A DNA stretch of 64,000 bases from positions 12,524,001-12,588,000 of the forward strand of contig CP075496.1 of assembly GCA_021613535.1 (NCBI GenBank). Reading direction: 5' to 3'. Positions 1 to 17,133 of this stretch are shown here, piece by piece. The notes under the pieces are model-generated. The model was not told where the DNA came from. It ran no database searches and was given only the letters and a program-made list of their open reading frames with translations. The DNA comes from Adineta vaga. Taxonomy: Eukaryota; Animalia; Rotifera. Every line of letters begins with the position of its first letter. The first letter of the stretch is position 1. A program made the position numbers and the translations under genes.

Positions 1-3000
1 AATGGAAACATCGAGTATTTATGAAACACCTAGACATGAATGTGACCAATTTATTCCAACAAATCGAACGAATTCTATTCGATTAGTTACAGATTCAAAT
101 TTCAATACACATGCAATTATTAACGATCAAAGTGATATGCAATTAGAACTCAGAAGACAAAATAGAAAACCAGACGGGGTAAGATAACAATTATTTCAAT
201 CAAATCATTCTTCATTTAAACTATAATTCTGTGAAAACATCTTTATATTTAGCTTTTACAAATATGTTTAACTCGTCTATGTGGAGAACATATTTCTCAT
301 TGGTTACGAAAACGAGAAGATTATTCTCTCTATATTTTTTCACCAAATAATCGGTAAATATAAATCATTTCTCTTGTATACACTAAGTGTTTTAAAACAA
401 TAATACCAAATTTATCATTGTAGATTACGTCAAGCATTGCAAAGTCTGATAATAAAGAAATCATTTGATTATACTGTTCTATTTTTTATTGCACTCAACT
501 GTATCACACTTGCTATGGAACGACCATCGATTCCATCGACCAGCGTTGTATGTTATTTATCTATTAAACATATCAATTCAATGAAATAATATCTTTCTTT
601 TTTATTTTGTTTTAGGAACGTCAATTTCTAAATATAACCAATTATATCTTCACTGTCATCTTCAGTATTGAAATGACCATAAAAATTATTTCTAGTGGAC
701 TTATCTGTGGATCAGATACATATTTACATACAGGATGGAATGTTATGGATGGTTCACTTGTCGTTATATCAATTGTTGATCTTTTAACAATGCATCGTGG
801 ATCGGTATCAGCGGCAGGTGTAGAATCCGATGCAGCAACACGTATATTTAGTATGTTAAGAGTATTTCGTCTACTAAGAACATTGCGACCACTCAGAGGT
901 AAGTCTCCTTTAAGAATTTCTCTTACATGTAATATTTCTTTTTTTAATTTTTGTAGTAATTAGTCGAGCACCGGGCTTGAAACTTGTTGTACAAACATTA
1001 ATTTCATCATTGAGACCCATTGGTCATATTGTCGTTATTTGTTGTACATTTTTTATCATATTTGGTATTCTTGGTGTACAGGTAAATAAATTCTCTGAAT
1101 TTTTCTCAACTATAATTCTATTTTCTTTTCCTGTAGCTTTTCAAAGGAAAATTCTACTATTGTGAAGGTCAATTTTTTCGTAATATTACAACACGACAAC
1201 AATGTGAAGATACATCAGATCATCGTTGGAAAAATCAACAATATAATTTTGATAATTTAGGCCAAGTAACTTTTTACTCATTTCGATTATCTTTCCTTTT
1301 ATATTATTTAATTTTCTATCTAGGCATTACTGGCGTTATTCGTGTTAGCATCACGTGATGGTTGGGTACAGATTATGTACAATGGCATTGATGCTGTCGA
1401 TGTTGATATGCAACCAATAAGGAATTATAATGAAGCTAACTTAATATATTTTATATCCTTTCTATTACTTGTGGGCTTTTTTGTGTTGAATATGTTTGTT
1501 GGTGTTGTTGTGGAAAACTTTCATAAATGTCGTGCCGAACAAGAACGAGAAGAAAAAGCTCGACGTACAGCTAAACGAGCGAAAAAAATTGAACGTAAAC
1601 GACGACGCATGCGTGAAGTACCATATTATGCACATTTTTCTCCATGGAGAAGACGATTACATGATGTATGTAATAGTAAATATTTTGATCTGATTATTGC
1701 TGCTGTTATTGGTCTGAATGTTGTTACTATGTCATTAGAATTCTATTTAATGCCACCGGTAAGATAAAATTTTGAAGGAAGAATTTGTCGAATTTATTAT
1801 TGATTTCAATTAGATTTTTGATGTGACACTTGATTATTGTAATTATGTGTTTACAAGTGTATTTATACTTGAATCAATATCGAAAGTAATTGCATTAGGA
1901 CCATTACGTTATTTTAAAGACAAGTAAGAATTAAAATATCATGTGAAATGTATAATTGATTGTTTATTGATGATTTTCTTCTTCTAAGATGGAATCAATT
2001 AGATACAATGATTGTAGTTTTATCGATAGGTGGTATTGTTATGGAGAAAATGAAAAGTGGACAAGTACTTCCAATAAATCCCACATTGATTCGTGTGATG
2101 AGAGTATTAAGAATTGCTCGAGGTAATTTTATACCGTAGAAAAAACAACAACTAACTTATTGAATTCAAATCTTAATTTAATAATTATTTTTCGTTTTGC
2201 ATTTAGTTTTGAAATTATTAAAGATGGCAAAAGGTATTCGAGCTCTGTTGGATACCGTCATTCAAGCTCTTCCACAAGTGGGAAACTTAGTAAGTTAATA
2301 TTATTTTTATTATAGATTTTGTTAGACTATTTTCTTCTATAGGGTCTTCTATTTTTTCTTCTTTTCTTCATATTTGCTGCACTCGGTGTGGAATTATTTG
2401 GAAAACTAGAATGTAGTGAAGAACGTCCCTGTGCAGGCCTTGATAAACATGCACATTTCAAAGATTTTGGTATGGCATTTCTAACATTATTTCGAATTGC
2501 AACAGGTGATAATTGGAATGGAATTATGAAAGTAAGATTTTGAATAAAGTTAATTTCGTTTTTCTTACCGAAAACCATATTATTATTATATATAGGATGC
2601 CCTACGTCAAGATGATCCACCACATGCGTCTAAGAATCAATTTGTAACTGCTATAGCGCCAGTTTATTTTGTTATTTTTGTACTTATGGCTCAATTTGTT
2701 CTTGTCAATGTTGTCGTCGCTGTTTTAATGAAAAAACTTGATGTAAAATAAGACTAATTTCATGTTAGCCATTGTTATTATTTTCTTCTTTTTTCAATTC
2801 CATAGGAATCCAATCGTATGATGGCTGATGATGCTGAAATAGATGAAGAAATTGAAAGACAATTAGAAGCAGATGCACATGATCGAAATTATCTTGATCA
2901 ACCATTACTTGATGATAAAGAATTAGATGTAAGTTATTGTCTTATATCGAGCTAGAAAGATTCAATTGATTAGCTTTGTTATCATCTCATTGATCCATAA

Positions 3001-3599
3001 TCATTTTGTCTTTTATTTCAGTTTCTAAACGATTCTAATATTCAGTTTTTTCCATTGACGAAACAACTCTCTTTACCCCCAAATTTTACCTTTCATTCCA
3101 TGACTTCTTCAAAACTACGTCGACAAAAATGTAAGTTCATATTATCTTTTTTCTAATAAAAAATGAGTCATAATTCTTATTGTTAGCCAAAGCAGTCGAA
3201 GTTGTTAAAGGTTCATCCCTATCTTCCGTCGTTGGTTCAACATCACGTTTTCTATTATTACAAATTGACAAACCTTCATCAGAAGATCGTAATGAAGAAC
3301 ACATCCCACTAGATAAACGAACAAGTATAGAAGGTGTATATCGACCACGATCATCTGTCTCACATCGTCGTTCAAACACTGTTCCATCACGTCCGCGTAA
3401 ACTTCAAGCAAGAAAAGTATCTACGCAACAGACAACACATCTTTCACCAACTTATAAACGGACTGAAACAACTCCCCAACAGCAACAACCATTTTCACCA
3501 TCAGTTTTACGAACTCAACAGAAACGTCGTATACGTGTTATTGATGATACTGATGATGCTGAATCACTGACCACTAGTATCATTAATCATGATGATTAA
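1..3599 (+). CDS. T-type voltage-gated calcium channel alpha-1 (Cav3), 3' part: II-III linker end, repeats III and IV, C-terminus; multi-exon, 5' part outside window
   Basis: S4 segments [14 protein letters not shown] and [17 protein letters not shown]; pore loops ASRDGWV (III) and ATGDNWNG (IV), both Asp as in Cav3; III-IV linker [12 protein letters not shown]; short GT-AG introns; stop at 3597-3599. Confidence 0.95.
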
Positions 3600-3958
3600 C
3601 AATCTAATTTATAAATTCCGTCCAAAATAAAACAAAAAATAACAAACTTTATATATATGACAGACAATAGTCTCTGTCAGATAGAATAAATAATTGCGAT
3701 TTTAAATTTACTCATCTATTTTAATTCAGAACGAGTACGTCTGATAAACTAACATCAAACAAAATATTTTCTTTCTCTACGGTTTTGTCTTCTCTTTTAA
3801 TTGACCGGTTGACGTAACTCTTGTATTTTCTCTACTTTTTCTTCGTGTTTTCTTCTTTGTGTGTTTGTGTGTTCGTTGCATATCAATATTTTTTTCTTGT
3901 TTTATTTCTTTTCTCTTTTTTTTTGGAATAAAAAAAGAAAAATGACACTTAGCATTTA

Positions 3959-7437
<3,479 letters not shown>

Positions 7438-7647
7438 CTGAAACGGAAAATATCAAAATCTTTACTACTATTCTTTCTTTTTTCCTTTGTTCTCTTTTTC
7501 TCGAATAAACAATAAGATGTAACGACTTCGAATTTTATAAGCTAACAATAAAATGCTAAACGAACTGAAAAAAAACAAAAAAAACAAAACATGTTTAGTT
7601 TATGTAGTATCTAATGATACTAATTTTACAGAGATCCATATCTACAT

Positions 7648-7665
7648 ACACACACACACACACAC
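7648..7665. repeat. (AC)n microsatellite
   Basis: acacacacacacacacac seen directly. Confidence 0.85.
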
Positions 7666-7697
7666 AAACACGTATATATGTATATCTAATGTTGTAG

Positions 7698-9215
7698 TCA
7701 GATAAACTGAACATGATTTTCCCAGAAAGCAATAACTGCTTGAGGATATTTTCGATTGGCTATTTTTGCTGAGATCCATTGTGAACGATTTTCATGAATT
7801 AATTTAATTCGAAATGATATACCATCTTGATTGTGTCGAACAGCTTCGATTTTTTCCACCTGATCGGTTTCATCGGCAACTTGTTCAACTGTCTGAATAT
7901 CTGTCGACGTTTTTCCTTGATTATTATTATTATTTTTATCATTGTCATTCAGTGTTAACGAAATCGAAGAGCTTGAACTAGGCGAAATATGAAGACGAAG
8001 ATTGATGGTTGTTGGTTCGTTTGTAGTTGAATCTTTTGTTGGAGTTTTAAGAGGAGAAGTGATATTTGTATCCATATTATCATCATCATCATCATTATCA
8101 TCAACAATTGATAATGTATTATCATTCGAAGTTTTCTTTTGTTTTGGACTTGTTGGAAGAGTTCTATTTGATTTTCTTGTTGATGAAGAGATCTCTTCTA
8201 TAATATCATCAACTTGATCATCATTATCATCATCTGAACTTTGATCTTTAGCTAAAAATAAAGACAAGATCTAAATCATTTTTTTAAAACAAATGACAAG
8301 AGACTTACACATCGTTGTAATACGAGATTTTGTTTGATTGGCAATCTTTCGACTTGAATGACGTCGATAAGATGATAATGGTAATGAATCATTGTTTGAA
8401 TTAGATGAATGCATATTTTTTCGTGGACTATGTCTTGTTGCCTTTTGATTATTGTCATCATTTTGAATTGAATCAGTATCATTCCCTGTATCTTTCGATT
8501 CATTATCATCATCATCATCACTTTGATAATCTTCGTCAGTCTCATGCATATTTGTATTTTTTGATTTAGTTGTTGTTGTTGGTGGTGGTGATTGTTTTCT
8601 TGATATTGATTTTCCTGGTTTGTTCTTTGATTTTAAACGATCTTCAAATTGTTTTATTAATTCTGGACAATTCAAACGATTTATATCTTCCCACTAAAAA
8701 AAATAACAAATCGAAGATAAGAAAAGTTCCTTTATTTTCTACTAATATTAATCAAATGTTAATAATTATAAGCAAAACAATCAGATATTTATTAATAACT
8801 ATTCAAATGTTACCAAATTTTCAACTAAATTCTATAGACAATCTAATAGCTCTGTTTTATGTTTAAATTTTAACAATCATCGACTACTACAAACCATATG
8901 AACTGATTGTTTTTCGTTTTATACCAGAAAATTTCAACAAGATTTGTATTGGAAATAATATTCGGAGAGAAACTTCATTCTAAAGTCTATCAATTGATAT
9001 TTTTTTTTCTTTCGACAAAACAACAGTCGAATGAAAAGGAAACATCATACCGTATTATCTGAATTTGAATAACCTTGCCATTTTAATAGATATTGAATTT
9101 TCTTTCCTCGAACACGTTTATCCACAATTGCTTCAACTTGATATTCTTGATCAGGATCATCGTCATTATCTGATTCATTTTCCCGTCGACGTTTTCTTAA
9201 TGAAACATTCACCAT
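7698..9215 (-). CDS. HP1/chromobox-like protein (chromodomain, long hinge, chromo-shadow domain), 3 exons
   Basis: EYQVEAIVDKRVRGKKIQYLLKWQGYSNSDNT|WED..LNCPELIKQFE chromodomain; C-terminal VEKIEAV...ISAKIANRKYPQAVIAFWENHVQF resembles chromo-shadow. Confidence 0.85.
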
Positions 9216-9276
9216 TTTTTTCTCTTTTTTCCTAAATAAAACTATCTGAAAAAAAACGAAGCGAAATTTCATCTTC

Positions 9277-11222
9277 CTATGCATTACAATGTTGGTAATA
9301 ACGAGGAAATAAAATAACATCTCGAACATTATCAATACCAGTCAGAGCCATTAAAAATCGTTCGATTCCTAGACCAAAACCACCCGTTGGCATTCCTCCG
9401 AAACGTCTCAAATCAAGATACCATTGTAGGTCATGGGTTATATCTAATTCATCTAAACGTAATTTAAATTGTTCATAACGATGTTCTCGAAGACTTCCAC
9501 CAGATAATTCACCAATCGATGGAAATATAAAATCAAAATTTGCAACCGTTGATTGATCATCATTAAGTAACATATAGAATGGTTTTAATTGTTTGGGATA
9601 GTTTATGATAAAAAATGCTTGATTATTCATAATTGTCTTACAAAGATAATTTTCATGTGCACGAGTAAAATCACCATTATCAGGAAATTGATGAAAATCA
9701 GCACTTTTTCTTAAATATTCAACAGCTTGTTGATAAGTTATTCGTGGAAAATCATTTTGATTAAGAAATTGTTCGAGATATTTTGGTTGAATTTGATGAT
9801 TAAGTAAATATTTGTATTCTTCTGAACATTTGTTTGAAATTTGTCTTGCAATTGTACGTAAAAGATGAACATATATATCAAGTAATTTATCGAGTTGGGT
9901 TAGACCTGGAAAGAGAAAAGAAATATATCTAAACAGACGAATTTTATATATATATATATATAAGAAAACGATTTCCTCATTAGTAAGAAATTGTTCATTG
10001 TCAACAGAGGACGCTAGATTGTATATGTATATGGAAGCTTTGATCAAATTGTTAATTAGAATGACTGGTAACCAATTCTTTTATCAGATTGATGAGCGGC
10101 TAGATTTTTATCTGATAGGTACGTGTATGATCATCTCAGTGCATAAAGTGTTTACATTAGCAATAAGAGAGAAAAAAAGATTAACTTGTGAAATCATCAC
10201 TTTTTTTCTCGATATCTGTAAATGTGTTTATAAAAAGAAAAAGATAAAGAAAGGAGAGAAAGAATGTCGATTGATCATTTCGAATGAAAATGTAAATAAT
10301 AAATCTTACCAGCAATTTCAACTTCTAACATCCAGAATTCTGCTAAATGAAATCGACTAAAATTTTTATCAGCACGAAATGTTGGATTCAATGTATACAC
10401 ACGTCCGAAACCACTTATATAGAGAAAAAATGAAGAAGAAGTCATTTCATTAAAAAGAAAGATAAGATCGTTTATTTACTTCGCTGCTGTTTCAAGATGT
10501 AATTGTCCTGAAACAGTTAAATAAACTTGTGTATCAAAATACTCTTTTTCTTCTTCAGTTACTCTTGATTGATATGGTTGAACACGAAATGTTTCTCCTC
10601 CACCTTCGCAATCATTTCTTGTTAAACATGGTGTTTGTATTTGAATAAAATGATGTTCTTGAAAATATTCATAGATACTAAACATTAATTGACTACGTAA
10701 ACGAAAGATAGCTTGTGAAAGTGATGAACGTAAACGAAGATGTTCATCTTGACGTAATGTTACTAATGTTTCTTTTGATTTAGGTTTAAATGGATAATTT
10801 GATACATCAGATGAATTGATTAAACTGATCTGTTCAGCAATTAATTCAAATTCTTGTTTTGGATGAGTACTGGCAGTCAGTTTTCCTTGTACATTGATTG
10901 AACAACCGTAGGTTAGATGAGGTAAATTTGGATGATCTTCTAATGATGCTATGACTTGTAAATGTTTTCGATTGTTTGTCAATGAGCCATCGAATAGATC
11001 GAGAAAATAATGTGTCTTTTGCTTTCGAATATTAAGAAGATAACCAGTGAGATTTATCGATTGATTTAAAGGTTTTTTATCGAATACTTCACGGATTGTT
11101 AAGGGATATAATGAATGAGTCAATCGATATGAAGTAATCGATTTTGTTGATAAATGTCGAAGATGAAGAAAGTGAAGAATGTAGCATTGAGGAATCCAGA
11201 AAAAGACAGATAGATTTTTCAA
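9277..11222 (-). CDS. NARS2: Mitochondrial asparaginyl-tRNA synthetase, 3+ exons; start codon uncertain
   Basis: OB-fold, [86 protein letters not shown]. Confidence 0.92.
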
Positions 11223-11363
11223 AATGAATTATTCTACTTGTGAATAAAGATGTTAGTAATCAATCTAAAATAAAAGAAGAAAATAGACAATAAATATGTT
11301 GCTATGTATTCATTTTCGAAATCGACCGTTTCGTTCTTTTTTCTCTTGTTTTAAAATTCGTTG

Positions 11364-14276
11364 ATGATTTCGATCGAATCGAAATTTCATCCATGTAAAA
11401 ATCCTATTCAAGCAACTATTCATCAACCATTACAAATTCGAACTAATAAACATCGTTGTTTTATTTTTTGTGTTGGACATACATCATTAACATGTGTACC
11501 GGGCATTGGCAAGAAGAATCAACGTTTATTAAACCAATCGGGAATATATGATCTCTCGACACTCTATTCAAAATATCGTTTAATAAATAATTCTCAACAT
11601 TTTAGACAATGGTTAGAAGATAAGATTGGTTTTACATCATATCAGGCGAAAATGACAACATGTGGAATTGGTTCAAAATTAGGAGATGTTAAAGAAATCA
11701 ATACTGGTTTAATGCCAATATGTTGTCCGAGAAAGAGAAGGCAAGAAGAAAAGGAATTGATAAAAAAACAAAAGATGAAATCGAAAAACACAGTGTCAAT
11801 TTCAAATACTCTATCTAAGATTTATGTAAAATATGATCGTACAGATAGTTTTTCTGATAAACAAACAAGCAACTTATCGATAGAACAGAAATTAGATTTA
11901 GGTATGAATATTCAATTCTTCATCATGTAACAACAGTATTTCTTCCTCATAGCAAGTTCACGTTCATCTACTTCATCATCGCATTCAACAAATGACAAGA
12001 CACAATTTCTCGACAGTCCTGAACATCTTGATACAATAAAACAAGAAATACACGAATCTGATCCATCTGTAATAATAACAAATGAGGACACAATAGGTAT
12101 GGAATATCTTTCAGATATTTCCCGTTAAAGCATATTCTTTTTGCAAAATTTATAGATACAAAGAAAAATTTACTATCAATTTCTACTATTGAAATGGATA
12201 CTAATAAGACTACTGAAGAAAAAATCGATAAGACAGCTATGTTGACGAAACATAATGTATCAAATATTTCACAAGAGAAAAGCGAGCAACGTCCACCTGT
12301 TATGGAAGTTTCATGTATTAAAAATAAATATCCAACAAAATCATCAAACTTAGAATCTCATTTCACAACTAATGATCTATTAGATCTTTCAAAAGGACAA
12401 CAAATCGAAAATAAATCATTCAAAATAATACATTTTCCAGATATAGATTGGATTGAAAGTTCTGTCAATTATGGTATTGATTCTGAAATGACCTCCCAAT
12501 TTCAAGATAAATCACCAGAGCGAAACACAATAGAAGTAATTCAACTACCAAACCATCTTATTCATTATCTTCCTCATCATCACCATTACAGATATCTCCA
12601 AGTAAACCTAATTCTTTGAGAAAAACCAACGTCTCAAATTCAAAAAAGATGATGTCAGAGGATAATTCCACAATGACGAAGCATGATCCGGAAATAATTG
12701 AAGCTAAATTCAATATTGTCAATGCAACAATAATGGTACATCATTTTAAAAAATGATACAAACGTAATTATATAACAAGCATATCTATCTTTTCTAGTCC
12801 GACGATGACAGCCGGACGTCTCTATCAAGAGATGATGTACATCATCAGCAGACACTAATTCCTTCTTCTTCAGGTTGATTATAGTTTATCTATATCATCT
12901 AAATTTTTGTTATATTTTTCTATCTAAAAATCAGTTACTCAACTATCTAATCAAGAAGATATCGAAGCAAAAAAAATCTTATCAACATCATCCGAAAAAA
13001 CTTCTCCAGTGTGGAAAAGTCTCTTTGAAAATAACAAAGCAAATGTTCAAGAAGATTCGTTGAACAATTCAAAATTGTCACACACTACTTTCTCCAATGA
13101 TCGATCTCTATTGCTAAACGATACTAGTGTTTAAAATACTTATGAATGAAGAATATATAAACATGATTTTTCCTCTTTAAGATCAAACTTTGCTTACCAA
13201 TGTTACTCCTATATCACCTAATGAAACTATTCAAACACAAACAAACATCACTAATGATTCTGCAATTGGAACAGTCGATTTTCAATTCAATGAATAAAAC
13301 TCCAATCGAGACTGTTTCAATGATGAATGATTCTTTAATCGAACCAGGTATTAAATTCCTAGAGTAACTCTACGTTTCTCTCTCTTTTTTCCTGTTAGGA
13401 TCTATGAAGATCGATGGAAGAATCTTGTCGACAAAACAAAAGAAGTTTATGTCAGCACTTTGTAACATAGTTCATTCATATCAACTAATTTACGATTAAG
13501 TTATCATCTTTATTTTAGCGTTACTATCAGATGAAAAAGAATCAATCGATAGGTTGAATTCTATGACCGATAAGACGTATTCTAATCCTCCTCAGATTGA
13601 TTATATCGAACATGAAAAAAACAAAACATCTAAAAATTTTGATGATACTTTCATGCTGCATGGCTCAACTAACAATGTTAATATCGAGTCAGTATTGTCA
13701 TCGAAAGAAGAAACATTCATTTCAAACATTTCCATATAGTTCATCAATAAGTTCTTCCAAAGATAAAACTCCATCTAATCATAACAAAACCATTCAATCG
13801 TAAGATTAAACATTACTTCAATACACGAATTCATTATCAATTCGATTTCAGTAACAATTTAATCCTATCAGCTAATATTAAAAATCAATTCTTAGTATCA
13901 TATGATCTAGACGAAGATCAACTTGTAGATAAAAATCAATCCATCTCGAATCTATCATCTCCATCACCATGTCTTGCTCTTTGGAATAATGTATCATATG
14001 AAAAAATCATTACACAATACAAAAATCATCATCATTTTACCTTAGTTAACCAAGAACAATCTCATCAAAGTAAGCTGTCATTTTCTTCATATAAAAATAA
14101 ATCACATTTCTAAAGAAATAAATCAAAATGATTATAATCAAAACTATCATTCCTATACTACATTAATCTCATTTATTACTCGACAGCAATATTTAAAGGA
14201 ACGACAGGCTCTCGATGAACATATTCTTTATATCAAACCAACGAAAAAATCACCGAAAAGGCATAAAAATAGTTAA
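11364..14276 (+). pseudogene. Barrier-to-autointegration-factor (BAF)-like domain protein with long low-complexity multi-exon tail carrying apparent frameshifts
   Basis: TNKHRCFIFCVGHTSLTCVPGIGKKNQRLLNQSGIYDLSTLYSKYRLINNSQHFRQWLEDKIGFTSYQAK aligns by eye to BAF (SQKHRDF..GIG..L..G...FREWLKD.CG....Q); later exons switch frame near 12530, 13285 and 13725. Confidence 0.6.
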
Positions 14277-15105
14277 ATTCTATTCGAGATCTTACAAAAA
14301 TGAATTACTATGCATAGAAGAAGTAGAACTAACTATCTATGGATGAAAATTATCAACCAATCATATTGTACAGAAACTTTAATGACCTCTAGTCTCAAAC
14401 AGAGAAATGAATGGTTGTTACTAAAGACAAATCATACGAAGTGAACATATACCTTGTATTTTATATTCAGTAAAATATGATTAAAAGTACTGTCTTTTGT
14501 AAAAAAAAATTCCTCCTCATTTGACGTCTGAATTTCGACTATTTATACACAACAAAATTGAAAGAGAGCAAAGGAATGATTGACATTGACACGTGATAAT
14601 TAATCAAACAATCAATATGCATGGAGTGAAGTCGAAGTGTCAGAATAGATGAATAGTTCATAAAAATCACAGTAAGAAGACTAAACAACGTCATGCATTA
14701 ATCACACGTAGTATATGGATAACAAATAAAATATGTTACACCTCATTAGGAACAAACGATTAACCTTTTCTAATTACCAAATAATTTACTCAGACTTCAT
14801 TCACATTTATTTGTTTCATATCACATCAAGAGTTCATGTGTTTGGTTAAAAACATATCTGTGAATTTACATGCACCTAGTAGTATTCTTTTGTTGTTTAT
14901 TTTCATTTCTTCATTAAATCTGTTCCGTTTAAGCAGAACAAAGTTGACACTTCAAAAATGATATTGATCGAAACATTTTTTAATCGATGAATCACGACTC
15001 AAACAAACGTATTTATTGTATCTTTTTTTATTAAAGAAATGTATAACTCTACTGGAATGAAATGAAAACAAAACGTAATAAAAACTAGGATGAGCATGAA
15101 TATTG

Positions 15106-16340
15106 CTATAAGCATTTTTGACACTGTTTATCTGTTTTGATATATCCAAAATGTTTTTTCAATTGTTCCAGAAATATAAATGTTAAAATTGTATGTGGAC
15201 CTAAGAATATCAGAACATAAATATAGAATACAATTAAGAAAAAAAAAAGTAGGTTTTACCTAGTCGAATAAATGCAGGTACAAAACCTTTGAAAAATCCA
15301 CTTGGACCGACGGAAAATATATCTCGAAAGCAATCCAATAAGGAATTATATGTTCCAGGAGGTGCATTCATCATTCGAGTTTTCATTACATCGAATGGCA
15401 TCGTCAATAAAGTTGCTACTCCACCTAGAATGGTAGATAAGAAAATGTTTATCAAATATGTGAAATCCTTCATCTGTCACACAGTCTGTTAAATGATATT
15501 TTGAGTACATATTATAACTTTTCAACATCTCTTACCAGCAACAAAACTTGAACTAAAATGCGTCACGATATTATCTTTAAAATAACCACTAGCTAATAAC
15601 ATTTGTTTTACTTGTTCATAAAAAGCAATTTGTCCAACAGTAACTAGTGCTCCTCTTACAACTGCCATGGATGCACCTAAATAGATATTATTATTAGTAT
15701 TATTTTAGTTTTAATTTTGTAATTTTTAACCGTTGAATAATTTTTTCGTTCCTTCTTCTCGACTTATGCGTGCAATACCATCAATGGCATGTTTATAATT
15801 TCTTCGTTTTTCTTTAGGTAATTTACAATCATTTTGCATACGAACATTGACAAGATCTGCTGGTGCACCTAATTTGTACGTATAGAGGGAGAAAAAGGCT
15901 TTTTTTTGCATGATAATTAATAAAAATTTCAAATCCTACCAACAAATGCACCTATTGCCCCCGAGACTGCAGCAAGTGAAACTTTTTCAAAAAAATTCAA
16001 AGTTGAATCTTTTTTTGATGATCTAACCGCACCATATATGCCAAACCGTACAGTTGTATATGTTGCTTGTCGAAGAGATGAAGCCGATAGAATTATAAAG
16101 AGCTGCAAACCCATCATCTCGTATAATTTTAACAGCCATGGCTAAAACATGAAAGAATACAGAATATTTTAACATAGAATCACAAAAATTTTCTTTACAA
16201 ATAAGTCCATAATCAGTTCGTTGTTGAGTTTGTAATTGAACTTTAATTGTATCAAGTGGATGAGTGCAAAAAACCGCAAGAACACCAGCTAATCCACCAA
16301 AATACCATCGTTCTTGTCGAACTATTACTTTCTTTTCCAT
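15106..16340 (-). pseudogene. SLC25A10: Mitochondrial dicarboxylate carrier, multi-exon, with an apparent frameshift in exon 2 (pseudogene or sequence error)
   Basis: RWYFGGLA..CTHPLDTIKVQLQT, GAPADLVNVRMQND..LPKEKRRNYKHAIDG, PFDVMKTRMMN, GFVPAFIRLGPHT; frame break at ~16091. Confidence 0.8.
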
Positions 16341-17133
16341 GAGTACAAATCAATCCAAAAACCTCAAACTACACCTATTTATCAATCAAGAATATATACA
16401 GTCATGCGGATATTTTATTTTTTGTACATTTACTAACGCTACCAATGCCCTCTTTTCTACTCACATGATTGGTAAAATAGAAACACCTATTAGCTTTTAT
16501 ATTTCTCAATTTCCCTCTCTTCTTCTGTTTTCTTTTCTATTCTATTCTCTTTTTTCCAGCACAGCTGTTATTTCATTTTTAAATCGAGAATCTACTCACT
16601 ATTTTTATTTTACACCTTTACAACGTTAGAATTTTAAGTATGTCTAAACTTTTTTTTATCGAATTTTTGTTTCGATACAAAAACAATTCGAAAAATGTTT
16701 GAAAGTAGATTACACAAATGAGTCATCTTCTTTTTGCGTACAACATAAAAGGTAGCAAATGATTAGTAAAGAAGAGTATGCAAAAGAAATCATACACCTA
16801 TTAGAATATTTTTGCATATTAAGAAAAAAAACAGGACACTTTAAGAAAATTACGAAATAAATTACTTTTATTTCTCTTTCAAATCATATAAAATTTAGTT
16901 TTTTCCGTTAGAAACATGTCGATAGATTTGTATGACCCAAATGTCACGTAAAAAAACAAACAGGTGGTTTGATGTTTAGTTCGTTTCATTTCATTTCATT
17001 AGGATCACATGACTAATATATATTCATAAGAGCGTTAAATAATATATACACTTTTTACGGTTTTTTTTCGCACATTTTTATTTCAGTATTTATTTTAATC
17101 TCTTCATTTAATAACCAGCTTTAATAAAACAAA

